A DNA stretch of 64,000 nt from Gekko japonicus (Eukaryota): contig NW_015168742.1 in the NCBI RefSeq assembly GCF_001447785.1, positions 136,471 to 200,470 of the forward strand, read 5' to 3'. A program made the position numbers and the translations under genes. Under the pieces are notes generated by a model, which did not search any database, was not told where the DNA came from, and saw only the letters and a program-made list of their open reading frames with translations. Below are positions 36,631 through 49,299 of the stretch, piece after piece; position 1 is the stretch's first letter, and every line of letters starts with the position of its first letter.

Positions 36631-36712
36631 AAAAGGTAAAGGTAAAGGTTCCCTTGCTCGAAAGCCAGTCGAATCTGACTCTAGGGTTGTGGTGCTTATC
36701 TCCATTTCCAAG
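36631..36712 (-). mobile_element. Sauria SINE 3' fragment
   Basis: aaaaggtaaaggtaaaggttcccttgctcgaaagccagtcgaatc. Confidence 0.9.
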
Positions 36713-37199
36713 TATTCGTACTTTAATCTATAGGTGTAATAAAGTATAAAAATAATATATACTAGCCCTTATGACCTCTATTTTAATCTTTGTTCTCTGT
36801 TTGACCCTCGGTTTCACCCTTCTCATGCTGCAGTAAAACTAGCCAAGAACCTCTGAGTCTGTTTAGAACTAAAATTAGCTACACTTGAGTAGTTTGAGCA
36901 ACTACAACAGAACTAAAATTCGAACTAGACCAGAAAATAAGAACAGAAGTAAAATTAGCTACACCTGAGTTGTTTTACCACAGATTTGTTGGATTCATGG
37001 AGTGTCACCATATCATGGAGACATCACTTCCTGTTTTTCAGCTGGAAGTGACACACAACACCATTTTATCCTCCTTGTTTTCTCCCTTGGCTCATTCAAC
37101 CAGTACTTGGGGACTGGGAAGGATTTAGCGGGAGCCCACCTTCTGGAAATGCTAGGTAGATATAGTTAGATAAAATACATTAACAATATAAAATTATTG

Positions 37200-39051
37200 C
37201 TAAGCATTTCGCTACTCGGATGCGTCTCGTCTTGCTCTGATGGAGATGCGCCGAGACTCGGCTGATGGGAGGGGTCCGAGTTCGTCCCAGACCTTCCCAG
37301 GGTCTCTGTAGAAGACCCCCAGCCTGGGGAGCTGAGGAGAGCCTCTTCCAAGGTGACAGCCAAGGAATTGAGGCTCACCTTCTTCCCCGAAAGGTACTGT
37401 CGCCGCGGAGCCAGCATGGTGCCCAGATATGACTGCTGGAGCAAGTGACCACGATTAAACTTCTAAAAAATGTTTCCAAAAGATCTCCAAAACTCCAAAT
37501 CATGAGTTAAGCAAAGCTCAGGTGAAAAAAGCGAACTGAACCTTAGTAGTAATTGGAAGCGCCTAAGTTTGAAGCATTGGGGAGAGGAAACTTTAAAACT
37601 TTGAGGAAACTTTAAAAATTGTTTTAAACTGGAAATAAAAGACTTTGAGCTAAAATAAGCGCATAAGCAGTCAAACGATTGCAAAAACTGCTAAAGTATA
37701 CAAAGCGGGACTAAATCGTATAACTTTTGCCTTGTTTTGGAAAGCTTACTTCTTGTTGACATTATGGCTGGGAGAGGACAAAGAGTGCCGGATAAAAAAC
37801 TGGTGACCGGAAATAACATACCAACGACTCCTTCCCAGAACCAGGAAGTAACTACAGGCTTCTCCGTACTGCTAGCAAATGCACTGCACTCCCTAATGGA
37901 GCAAATGACTAATCTCAACACTATGCTTGATAATGTCCAAAAACAGCTGAATCAAATGGATAAAAGAACCTCAGCAACTGAGAAAACGTTGAAAAAGATG
38001 GAAGAACAGACTGAATTAATAAAAGAGTGCATGAAGCAGAGAAGGAAAGATCTGCTGATAAAATGCAAATAACACAGTTTCAGCTGGAGAGATCCATGTA
38101 TGTTCTATGTTTTCATGGGATCCCCGAAGAGAAAAATGAAGATTTAAAAGAACTCTTGGCAGCTGCCTTGGCCCCATTAATGGATTACAAACAAGAAGAT
38201 TTAATAAAAGAGATGGATGTGGCCTATAGGACTTATCCGGATTTTATAAAGAAAAATAAATTACCTGGGGAAATCTATCTGAAATTCATGAAATGATCTA
38301 ACAGAGAACTGGTGCTAAAGTGTACAATGGGAAAATCCTTAAAAATCAAGAATGAAGAAGTAAAATTTTTGAAAGACATCCCTTTCAAAGTTAGAAAACA
38401 GAGGAAACGCTACAGGATGCTCACTCTCACTCTGCAAAAAAAGGGAATACCATAAAGATGGTTATTCCCGGAAGGGCTGAGCGTCAATTTCCAGGGGAAA
38501 AAATATAAAATTGACTCTGTTACAAAAGCGGAAATTTTTTTGGACCAAGTGTTTAACACAAAAAGAAGCAAAAGGAAAAGAACTTAAAACCGGATGGGGA
38601 GGAAGAAGAAGATGAATCCTCCTCACAGGATTCAACAAGCCAAATTTCCACATCATCAGAATCACCTGAATCGGAGAAGAGAGCAGCTGCTCTGAAACTC
38701 CAGAAAACGAAGAAACACACAAAGAAAAGACTCTAGAACTAAGGCAATAGTATTAAAGACAGAAATTGCATTAAGCTACTAAATATGTATTAATAATTGA
38801 ATCAAACCTTAACATAACCTGTTATATTAGGTTAAAAACAATATTTCTATAACTTCTTAGATCGTGACATGTAGATGGAATAGATTAGAACTGTAGTACT
38901 CCTTCCCCTATCCAGTAGATTTATGTATTAGATTTCCTATACCCATTACCCATAGTATTAGTGTTAGGGTATTAGTATCCCTTCCCCCATCCCATAATTG
39001 TAGTGTGTAAAAAATGCAAAACAAACAAAAAACCCCAAACAAACCCAAAAC
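37200..39051 (+). mobile_element. ORF1-only L1-derived element (half-L1-like)
   Basis: Perfect 16-bp TSD caatataaaattattg at 37184-37199 and 39052-39067; CpG-rich 5' UTR; frameshifted ORF1 (37764 to about 38750; coiled coil, HGIPEEKNEDL, KLPGEI); A-rich tail; no endonuclease or RT. Confidence 0.85.
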
Positions 39052-40481
39052 CAATATAAAATTATTGAGGAAGTAGCAGTTCTGATGGTTTAATATGGAA
39101 TCCTCAACAACCTTGATGTATAAAAATGATCCCAAATACTAATTCATTCTACACCTGATAGCCCTTGTGTGTAAAATATGGCAATCCTTATTGTGCTATG
39201 CTGCATTGAACAACAATATGCTTTAGAAAAAAACTTTTGCAGCAGCTTTGCAAGAAATCCAGTTTAGCAAGAGACAGCCTGATTTTCAGTCAATAGAAAG
39301 TGCTCTATTATATTGCAAGGACACAGGAGTAAGTTAGGCCCAAAGAAAAGATGGAAATAAATGTGTTGTTATTTCTTGGCACATTCTAAGTTTAGCTTGT
39401 ACCTTCTAGATAGTTGTTTTGTAAATCATAGTTCTTTGCTAATGATTCAGTTAGTTTATGCTTTTTTATCCTACTTTTTCCAAGACTCCCTCCGTTTGGT
39501 TATGTCACATCATTCAATTATTTATGAAAGGAGCAACACCGGTGTAAGTTCCAAGGGGAAAACTTCCAATTGTTCAAAAAGGAAGAAGTAAAACATTGTA
39601 AGCCTTTCACATTTCAGATTAAAAGCATATATGGCAACAGACATCTGAAATGCCTGGGTTGCAGTGTTTGAAAAGGAATTGTTTTCAGTTTTCTGCAGCA
39701 TGTACAGATTGTTTGCTAATTATTTTGCAATTGGGATTATTATATAACTAAAATCACTATAAAAAGGTTCCTTCAAAATGGCTTATTATGTAATGCTTTT
39801 ACTAATCATTTTATTCTGATTTGTGATGTTTCAGCAACGGCAACTTAAAAAATATTGATTCCAATGAAGAATATATTGTTGGTATCCATTTCTTGTAGCA
39901 AAATGAATTGAACCAAAACAGTATGATGGCCTGATAAGACCTAATGGTTTCTAATCATCACCAGGTAGTTGGTCAGATCACCTAGAAATAAAAAAGTCTT
40001 AAATTTGAAAAAAGAAAGTATTTAAAAAGAACCTGCAAATCAAATAACACCACTGTATCTCAGTGAAGGACCCCTACTAAAATGAGATTCTAATAGTCAC
40101 TCTCCCTGCTGAAGTAAATAGCCAGATTTCCTCACTCCCCCTCCCCAGTTTGTAATTTGCATGCTTATTATTAGATGAAGAAAGATGTCCTGATTGGCCA
40201 GACATCTTCCTTGTTATGCTAGTAGCTTGCTGACTCAAACTGTCTTGCAGTCTTCCATTTCCAACCCTGATTCTTTCCATCTCTTCAAATGGTCTCAACT
40301 AGAGATCCTTCAGTTTTCTAGGCCATCTGTTCTCTTTCTCCTGCCTTTTCTGGGGAATTTGTCTTGTTTTCAGCATCTCAGTCATCCAGTTCTTAGAAGT
40401 TCTTAGAAGATTTTGAGAGCACTAAGCACTTCTATTCAGAATCCAACAATGGTCTATTCAGTCAGAATAGTGTCAGAAAAG

Positions 40482-40620
40482 TAGGGTTGCCAGTCCCCAG
40501 GTGGGGGTAGGGGTACCCCCAGTTTGGAGCCCCTTCCCCACTTCAGGGAAGTGGGGAGAAATGGACACCAAAAAGGGACACTCCATAATTCCTTCCTCTT
40601 AGTCTCTATGGAAGGGAGAC
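40482..40620 (+). mobile_element. hAT-type MITE fragment
   Basis: tagggttgccagtccccaggtggggg start. Confidence 0.6.
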
Positions 40621-40801
40621 AAGTTTAAAATCTGGACTGCACAGCCTGTGCACAGTACACTGAGTCGTTTGTTAGCAAGAGGAGGTAGGCTAGTGTCAGC
40701 CTGCCCACCCCATTCCATTCAGGCTGACTGGTTGGGACTCTTTATTTTCAAATTGTTTGAATGTGTGTGGCTGGGTTCGGTCGGGTTGAGGGGGGCGGCA
40801 A

Positions 40802-41310
40802 CTTATTTATTTATTTGTTTGTTATCTTCGGCTTATAGCCTTCCCTCCCCTGCACAGCAAGGCTCAGGGTGGTTAACAACAGGTAGCAACAATATTAAAA
40901 CAATGAATAAATTAATAATTTAAACCCAATTTACAACAACAGTTTATAACAACAACTTTAATCAATCAGATGGCAGTGCATGGTTTGACACAACTTAGTG
41001 CATCTTCTCTCAGTAAAGATTGTACATCAAGTGTGTCCGTGGATTTTAAGATGGTACTATAATAGATGGACAGCCAAAAACAAAGCAGGGGGAGGTCAAT
41101 GCAGATGGAATTGCCACAGCCTCAACCATAGACCTGGTGGAACATCTCCATTTTGCAGGCTCTGCAGAACTGCATTAGGTCCTGCAGGGCCCAGATCTCA
41201 CTTGGGAGAGTGTTCCACCAGGCTGGCGCCAGATCCAAGAAAGCTCTGACTCTGATTGAGGATAAGCAGATAACTTTCAGGCCAGGGATCACCAGAGAGA
41301 CTTGCAACTT
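40802..41310 (-). mobile_element. L2 LINE 3' end
   Basis: RAFLDLAPAWWNTLPSEI...CRACK C-terminus, 3' UTR and (AAAT)n tail. Confidence 0.85.
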
Positions 41311-41449
41311 TAGTTAGGTGCTTGGCTACACCCACAGAAGCACAGCTTGAGGACAGCTGCCACTTGACTTGAGGCATCTTCTTCTGTAACCAAGCCTCCT
41401 GGGAGTCCTTCAGTTATTACTTACCCTCGGTTGGCCGCTGTGTGCTCTT

Positions 41450-42209
41450 GCTCTATCTCCCACTTGTCCCCGTTGTGTGTGTGCATGCCTTCTAGGGCAA
41501 GTTGCTGCCTGGCCCCAGCTATTCATCATGAAGCTTCCAATTCTCTCCCTCCCCCACAGCCTTTCAGTCCTTCTGGGCAAGTGGCTGTGTGTGTGCCTGT
41601 GTGCCGGGGCTGCTGCACTTAGTTATTCGTAATTCCTGTGGATGCCTCCAGCAGTTGCAGTACAGGCTCTCTCTCTCTAGAATGCTGAGAAATCTGAAGG
41701 AGAGCTCAGGGCAGCATTGGAGGAAGGCAGTCGCCTCCTGTTAATCAAATGCAGGGCAGGACAGCAGCAGCCAGGCCGCCCGAGCTTTGGTGCTTCACAC
41801 AGCTGCTCTCTCCTTGCTGCTCAGACTGAGCTCTATCTCCCACTTGTCCCCGTTGTGTGTGTGCATGCCTTCTAGGGCAAGTTGCTGCCTGGCCCCAGCT
41901 ATTCATCATGAAGCTTCCAATTCTCTCCCTCCCCCACAGCCTTTCAGTCCTTCTGGGCAAGTGGCTGTGTGTGTGCCTGTGTGCCGGGGCTGCTGCACTT
42001 AGTTCTTTGTAATTCCTGCGGCTGCCTCCAGCAGTTGCAGTACAGGCTCTTTCTCTCTAGAATGCTGAGAAATCTGAAGGAGAGCTCAAGGCGGCATTGG
42101 AGGAAGGCAGTCGCCTCCTGTTAATCAAATGCAGGGCAGGACAGCAGCAGCCAGGCCGCCTGAGCTTTGGTGCTTCACACAGCTGCTCTCTCCTTGCTGC
42201 TCAGACTGA
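41450..42209 (+). repeat. Tandem duplication, 380-bp unit, two copies
   Basis: gctctatctcccacttgtccc starts at 41450 and 41830; about 8 substitutions by eye. Confidence 0.97.
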
Positions 42210-42217
42210 ATGAATTC

Positions 42218-42500
42218 TAGGCACCCCCCACGATATCCGGCCCGTGTGACCAGGGCCTAAACGAAGTTCCAGGCATCAGGAATGGCAAGTGTGATTGACT
42301 AGGGTTCCCATTCCACCGACGGGGGTGGGGTTTTGGCCCGTTTTGCAGGCCCTGATCCACCAGCCCCAATCTGGCCAGCAGGGGAACCCCACCCCTAAAG
42401 TTCTCTTTTTGTGCCAACGTGCCCGGCGCAATGACGTTTTAAGGAATTTTTCCTTAAATGATAGCGCCTCCCGCAATGTGCCCTGTGCACTTCTGGGACT
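42218..42500. mobile_element. Harbinger-like terminus plus CpG-rich hAT-like fragment
   Basis: cgatatccggcccgtgtgaccagggcct is the reverse of the 54641 terminus; tagggttccca at about 42300. Confidence 0.55.
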
Positions 42501-43699
42501 GATTTGTCTTGATTTCTGTAATGTTTTCATGATGCTTGCACCTTTGCTCATGCACCTACAATTTTTAACTCATTTAGAGAATTTTAATTCCTAGATTACT
42601 TTAAATATGCTGAGACATTATCAAGCTGCCATACATTTCAAAAACCATCTGCTGTGTACCTTTCAGATGGAACAAAGGTGCATCCAAGCCTTGATGGATA
42701 TTACATTGCAATTTAGGAAGATTGCATTAAGTGTAAAATTATTTAAAATTTAAAAAATGGAGCATAAATAAAGGGGTAATAGTTCCTCAGTATTAACGTG
42801 CATACTGTTTTATCATTTATACTGAACTTAGAAGCAATAAAAAAGCTTTCAAGGTTATTAACATGGGCCGTTGAGATCATTCACCCACAGAGGTTACAGC
42901 AGAATCATTTCCCTTCCATCATCATATCCCAGTCAAGTCTACATCTACTATGTGTTCTCATAATTACAAGGAGAATGAACTGTGGAAGCTTGAGAAAAGT
43001 ATGCACAGCAACTTTTTTTTCCCCCTGGTGTGTCCAGGCCATGGCCTAATCCCTTTCTTATTAATAGTCAATTGACAAAGTTGCATTGACTATTTAAAAC
43101 ACACACAAACACACAAGTAGAGTAAGTGGTACTGTTTTTGCACCGACCAAATCAAATACAGAAAGATGCTACCAGATCACAACTATTGTTCATATGTGTG
43201 CTATTTATTGCTGGCTTTTATCTTTATTGGTGTTTAAAACATTGTTTTGATTGACGTTTCAATTGTTCAGTCCTTATTTTAACAATTTCTGTTGTTTTAA
43301 ACACTGATTTTAATTGCCATTTAAATGTTATTATTTTCTCACACTGGTATTCTTTAATTGCCATTGTAAATTTTATCGGATAAATTTGTATTTATCCAAA
43401 TTAAAATTGCCTCAAGCATAGACATGGAGAAACTACTGCTGTTATCAAAATGTATGTGCTTTAAAGACAGTGAAGGAAACTTATTAGGGAGAATTATTAG
43501 CATGGTGGTGTCTCCTGGATTTTCTTGTTTTACAAATATTTGCGGCCCCAGTACCAAGGGGAGGGGCAAGGCAGGTGCCAAAGGTGAGGGATTCCTCTAT
43601 ACCTAACCCCATTTACAGCCCCTTGAAATAACACACACACAACACGTACCAGATCGAGTTCATTGACTGACCCACCTGCCCTGTGATGATCTGCTGGAA

Positions 43700-44032
43700 A
43701 CCTTGGGATGACAAATGTCTGGATCCCACAAGGACAGTTGCCCTGAAGTGATCTTCCCTGTCACCTGAGGATGAGGGTAATCCTCTGCCGTGCCCATGGG
43801 CTGGGTGTATCACTTAACCTTCATGCCAAAACCCCTAGGGGAATCAGGAAAATGGGCATGCAAGCTGGCCTTTGTGATAATGGATCTGGACCCATGCTGA
43901 TACTGCCACGAGAGCTGGACCTCATGACGCCCAGCTCCTGCCAATGCTCCTTATAGCTGTAGCCAAGAGCCATCCGTAATGCCATGCAGGCAGATATCCT
44001 TTCTCCAGTGAGATAAGTGAACCCCATCAGGT
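43700..44032 (-). mobile_element. SGNH-esterase-like TE fragment (possibly Ngaro/DIRS or LINE ORF1)
   Basis: DGVHLS encoded at 44011-44028 on the minus strand. Confidence 0.35.
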
Positions 44033-44434
44033 TAAAACAGGAATGGGTCCAGTGTTGATGTGTCTTCCAGGATATTCTGGAGCTGCTCTACCACTGCTCT
44101 CTCAGCTACCTTACCCAGAAATGAAAAATTCGAGACTGCACAGTAACTGGAAGGATCCATAGGACCCAAAGTTGGCTTCTTTAAGAGCGGTACAATCACA
44201 GCCTCTTTTAACCCCTCTGGAAAGTCCCCTAAATCCAGGGACAGATTGATAATGTCTACCAAGGGACTCCATATTCCCTTACCACTGGCTTTCACCAGCC
44301 ATGAGGGACACAGGTTCAAGAAGCATGTGTTCAGCCTAACAGCACCTAGAATCCTGTCAACATCAGCCCTAAGAGTCTGCTGAAGTTGTCAAATACTAAA
44401 TCCAATGATGGCCAAGGGGCCTCCAGTTCACTCA

Positions 44435-45159
44435 GGGTCTGGTCACACGGACGTTTATTGCGGGATTCGGTGCTGATCCCTCACACTTTTAAAGTTTCTG
44501 TTTACACGCGCCAATCCGCCTCCCGCACCAAAGCAGGCTCACTCACGCAAGACTCGCGGGTTTTCCTGACCCCGGGAAAATCAAGTACTTTCCTAGATCT
44601 CGCGCTTTGAAAGCGCGATTTCACCTATGTGAACAGCCCTCTTTCGCAATGATTTCACAATTATTGCGAATAGGGCCGTCTGAACACTCTCTGAATTTTT
44701 TTTTTTAAAGCTTCCGGTTTGAGCGCATGGGCAGGCATTCGCTTAAGAACTCAATTTTTTTTTAAAAAAAATAATAATGTTTGAGCGTATGGGCAGGCAT
44801 TCGCTTAAGAACTCAATTTTTTTTTAAAAAAAATAATAATGTTTGAGCGTATGGGCAGGCATTCGCTTAAGAACTCAATTTTTTTTTAAAAAAAATAATA
44901 ATGTTTGAGCGTATGGGCAGGCATTCGCTTAAGAACTCAATTTTTTTTTCGACTGGGCCAATGGCAAAGACAGCCCCGCGGCCGCCCAGGAGCAGCTGCT
45001 GCCGTCACCGGATGGGGACGAGGGCTAGGGGAACAGCGAGCAGCCGGTAAGAGGGATGGCTCTTGAGGGGTGGTGTAGACATGTAAAATCGGAACAAAAT
45101 ATTCCCGTTTAAATTACAGCGGGAACAAGGTTCATTTACAGCGCCGTGTGACCAGACCC
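44435..45159. mobile_element. Young Harbinger/PIF-like MITE
   Basis: Perfect 16-bp TIR gggtctggtcacacgg (44435-44450 and 45144-45159); CpG-rich; flanks tca/ata. Confidence 0.8.
44717..44949 (+). repeat. 62-bp tandem repeat, about 3.8 units
   Basis: gtttgagcg at 44717, 44779, 44841 and 44903. Confidence 0.95.
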
Positions 45160-46284
45160 ATACTGTATCAGTATTGGCTGGGAGGTTGTGGCCGAGCAAC
45201 AAGACTTTATCTGCAAAAAAGCTTGTAAAAGCCTAACTTCACATGGTTGAATTCCTAGAATTTTGGTTGCTCTCAGTAAGAGAATCCTTATTGAGGTGGG
45301 GATACTGGAGATCAAACTTGGGAACCACTGTTTGTGAAGCAAAGGGGGCTCAACCACTGGCTCATAGTCCCTTCCTGAGGACCATGGACAATGTACAGAA
45401 AGGCTGCCATCCTAGGGGATCATGTAGATTGAGTGGGGGTGGGGGCGGCTGGGGAGGGTTCACATCTAGCCATGGCAGTAATGCATCAGCCAAGGCTGGG
45501 AGCAGTGGCAATGCACAACAAACCCACATGGCAACCCCTAGCTGGCTTCTATCGCAACCCCCAGAAGCTGTGCAAAGTTGGGCCACAAGGCCCCCACCTG
45601 GCTGTCATTCTGGTTGAGAGGCCTCCCAACCAATGGCGAAGTGTGGCCACAGCCAGAGGCTATGGCAAGGGCAGACCCTCAGCAGACCCAGTTAAAGTGA
45701 CAAGAATGAAGTTAGGGTGGCTACTGGGAAAAGGGTCCCTCCCAGTCCCATTTAAAGGGACAGGGGGAAAGGTTTGGTGGCTGCAAATCCCACATAGGTC
45801 AGCCAGGCAGGGCTGCTAAGGCAGGATGGGGAAAGGCCTCAGAACTGAATTGGGATTACACTCCCTGTTAATAGGACAGGAGAAAGGTTGTGCAACTGTG
45901 TGTCTACCCAGCATCGGTCAACAAGGCTTCCCAAGCCTCGGCAGCAGCTCATCAGTATTGCCCCCCCATTTCATGGCCCAACCTCCTTGTCGTGTCCCCA
46001 CTACGAATGGAAGAAATATGTATGGAGGGGGGTTGGACTCCCATATGCTCACCAGACATTCCTCGAATTACACAAGAGGTCCACAGCGATCCCCCATCCC
46101 ACTGTCTCCACCGGCCCACCCCCTCTGCCTGTCAAGGACTGCCATGGACACCCTCCCCCTTCCTGTGGTGCCACAAATGGGACCCTGGATGAGTTTGGGC
46201 CCCGACTTATTCTTGCTCACTGTGCCTGCTCAGCATATAGGTGGTCATCTGGAAAGGTTATTTACCGAGAACTAAGAGAGGGAA

Positions 46285-46445
46285 GAGCTTTCCGTGTGCC
46301 TCGGTGTTTAGTCATGCCGGCCACATGACCATGGAAATGTCTTCGGACAGTGCTGGCTCTTCGGCTTTGAAACGGAAATGAGCACTGCAACCCTAGAGTC
46401 GGATTCGACTGGCTTTCGAGCAAGGGAACCTTTACCTTTACCTTT
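46285..46445 (+). mobile_element. 5'-truncated Sauria SINE
   Basis: Ends acctttacctttacctttt; 12-bp TSD taagagagggaa at 46273-46284 and 46446-46457. Confidence 0.93.
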
Positions 46446-46700
46446 TAAGAGAGGGAAAGAATAGCACTGTCCCTGTGGCTGAACTCAGAAATCTCATGAA
46501 AGCTGGAATCCCTTTGCAAAACACAAGGTATTGTTTGAGTTGCAATGCTGTCAGTGCTACAGTTAAAGCAGATACATAGTTTATGGGGGTTTTTTTCCCC
46601 AAAGGAAAAGTTGTTTTATTATTTTGCTACATTTGTACCATACACTTGAACAATATCGCAGCAAAATTTTTCAAATTGCCCAGTTTTATCCTAACAATTC

Positions 46701-46725
46701 NNNNNNNNNNNNNNNNNNNNNNNNN
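46701..46725. other. Assembly gap (25 N)
   Basis: Run of N. Confidence 1.
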
Positions 46726-49299
46726 GTGATTTGCCCACAACTACGAAATGAGCTTGAAGGCATTTGAACCTGGGTTTCCAGTTTTATCCAAAACACCCTG
46801 GTATTGTAATGGCTAATGGCTACACAATACGTTTTACTATCACTAACTAACAAGCAATGGACGGCAGGGGTGGATGTGGATTTTCTGGGGGAAATGTGGG
46901 ACCATTATTTCCTATGGGTACACATGGCTAACTATACACAGGAGATTCTCTGGGGTAGCCAAATCTTTTTGAAGTGCAGGAGCCTGCCTCTTCTCTCCCC
47001 CCCCCCCCCCCCCCCTTTTCTTCCCATATGGACTGATGGGATGGGAAGAAACACACAATGCCAGCATGTTAAGTGCGGGGCAGTTTGGTTGTTTCCCTTT
47101 GAAAATTTAAAGGACCATAGTGGCCAGACCTACCTAACCTTCAACTGTTAGTGGACATCTCTCTTCTCTTTAAAATTTAAAGGTGCATTATGTAATACTG
47201 GGTATTACCTGGGCTCCTAATTTGGGAAGCCAGGTCTCTGCTCATGCAATATGATGGCCTTTTCAAATTTAAAAGGAAGAGAGCTGCTGGTTAACAGCTG
47301 TCTCCTTGGGACCAGCTTCCACTCTTGCCCTTCATTCTTCCCTGCTCCCTTATTTTGGGGGGTGGAGTGCATATACTAGGGTATTGTCTACTCAAACTCA
47401 CAGTAGCTCTCTAGGGTTTTGGGTGGAGGTCTTTCATATCACCCACCTACCACCTATCATTTTAACTGAACCTGGGACATTCTGCAGGCAAAGGGAAGGA
47501 ATAATTTTGGATAGTCTATTCATATGAAGTTGGTTACTATCATTAGCTGAGGAACCTAAATTGTTATTCTTGAGTGGGTGCTGAGCCAGTCATTTTATCC
47601 TAGGTTGACTGGTTCTCTTACATTGGTACAGTCGAAATGTAGCCTCTGCTCTCTTCTTATTTCACAATTAAGGTATACTGTAGCCTCTCATTTTGTGGCT
47701 GAAACTGTGCAAAGGCTTTTTGCCCATGGAATTTGGCTGCCTGAACAAGCTACTTATGGAAATTACTGGGTAACGTCCTCAGCTGTCCTCAGCTGTAGCT
47801 TTTGCTGATATTCCCTTTTTCACAGGCAGCTGGCTTCATATTCTAAGGCACTTGTTTCTATGATAAGAGTGAGGAAGTGAGAAAGATCATAGGGAAGTTT
47901 CTAGGCAGCTGTCCATTCTTTCCTTGTCGATTTGAATGTGATCAAGAAATTATAAGGCACATTTGGATGGTTTCCTAGCATCTACTCACCCCTCCCTCCT
48001 AGATTGCTTCCAGTCTTCCTAACTAATACAGAGCCAGCTATCCAATAAGTTAAAAAGGCCATCAACAGCTTGCTCTTCTAAATGTTATAAAAAGTGTGGA
48101 TGCTAAGAGGCAGCTGTTCACATTATGTATGGGCATTTTAAGTTGGTCCTGCTGTATGTACTATTAAAATGTTGGCTAAAGCGTGTGCTCTCTGTAAGTA
48201 AAAGTGAAGCGATGGAGGAGAAATTTTATTGATACTATTGATGTTCCTCAGTACAATAATTATGGCAAACTTTGAAGTGGGGAAGCAATGAAAACTAAGA
48301 GCCTGTAAAAAAAAGAAGTTAAGAGAATAAGTCAGGGGATGCAATCAGTAATTTGGCAAATGAAGACTTATGAGGGCAGAAGGCCAGGTACTTAAATGCA
48401 CTCTTTTTTTGAACAGGCAACACTGTGATTCTAGCCAAAATCTTTGACCTTCCATGAATCCTGTGTTCTGGGAAGGTTTGGAACACTGTGAAGTCTAATT
48501 ATTAGATTATTACATTCAGCTAAATAATTCTGTTGATAGGTCACTTAGTAGTAGTGATCTCCATTTTAGTAGTAGTAATTTCAATTTTTCTAGCTCACAG
48601 TCTGTTACCATTCACGTTGCAAAACATCTACTTATCGGGGGGGGAGAACAAAATGTTGTAATAACTGTTATGAAGTAATTCACAAAACACTAGAAGGTTT
48701 GAAGACTTAAGAAATTTTGAGAGCCATATGCAAATTCCCTTATAAAACTAATCACAAAAACCCTATTCTGTGCCTTTTAGATTGAAGTATAATAGTTTAT
48801 CACAACTTTTAGGTTTAAACCTTTCATTGTTCCTGGGAACTTTTGGTGGGTTTGCTAGCTCATTAACCCACAAGCAGCAATACCACTGGTATATCTGCAT
48901 TTAAGGCCTAGTCCCAAAATCAGTTTTCAGAGCCAGTGTTCAGCCCGTAGAAATTGGAAATAACAGTAACGAAAAACATTTATATAAGCCAGCACACATA
49001 CACCGTAGCTGAGATATAGACCTCCAGAACACTGGGAATTATTTCCAGTCAGGTTGAGCTGTCAACTTTTCCTCTTTCAGAATCTAAACTCTAGGACCTA
49101 CTTAAATGTAACCCAATTCAGGCCCTTACTACTTAAAATTTTGTTTCTGGGAGTGAGGTCATATAATTCAATAACATTGACATTATTTCTCCATGCAAAG
49201 CTAGATAGTCAGTGGAAAATATTCTGGTTTGCATTCTTGCAAGTTAGTTTTATTTATTTATTTTGACTTTAATAACTAGGACTATCAACCAGCTGGGTT

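Larger units (their letters stand above)
44033..45345 (-). mobile_element. L2 ORF2 fragment interrupted by a MITE
   Basis: CPSWLVKAS...IINLSL...LKEAVIVPLLKKPTL...VSNFSFLGKVAE...LDPF; continues as SFFADKV beyond 45160. Confidence 0.85.
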
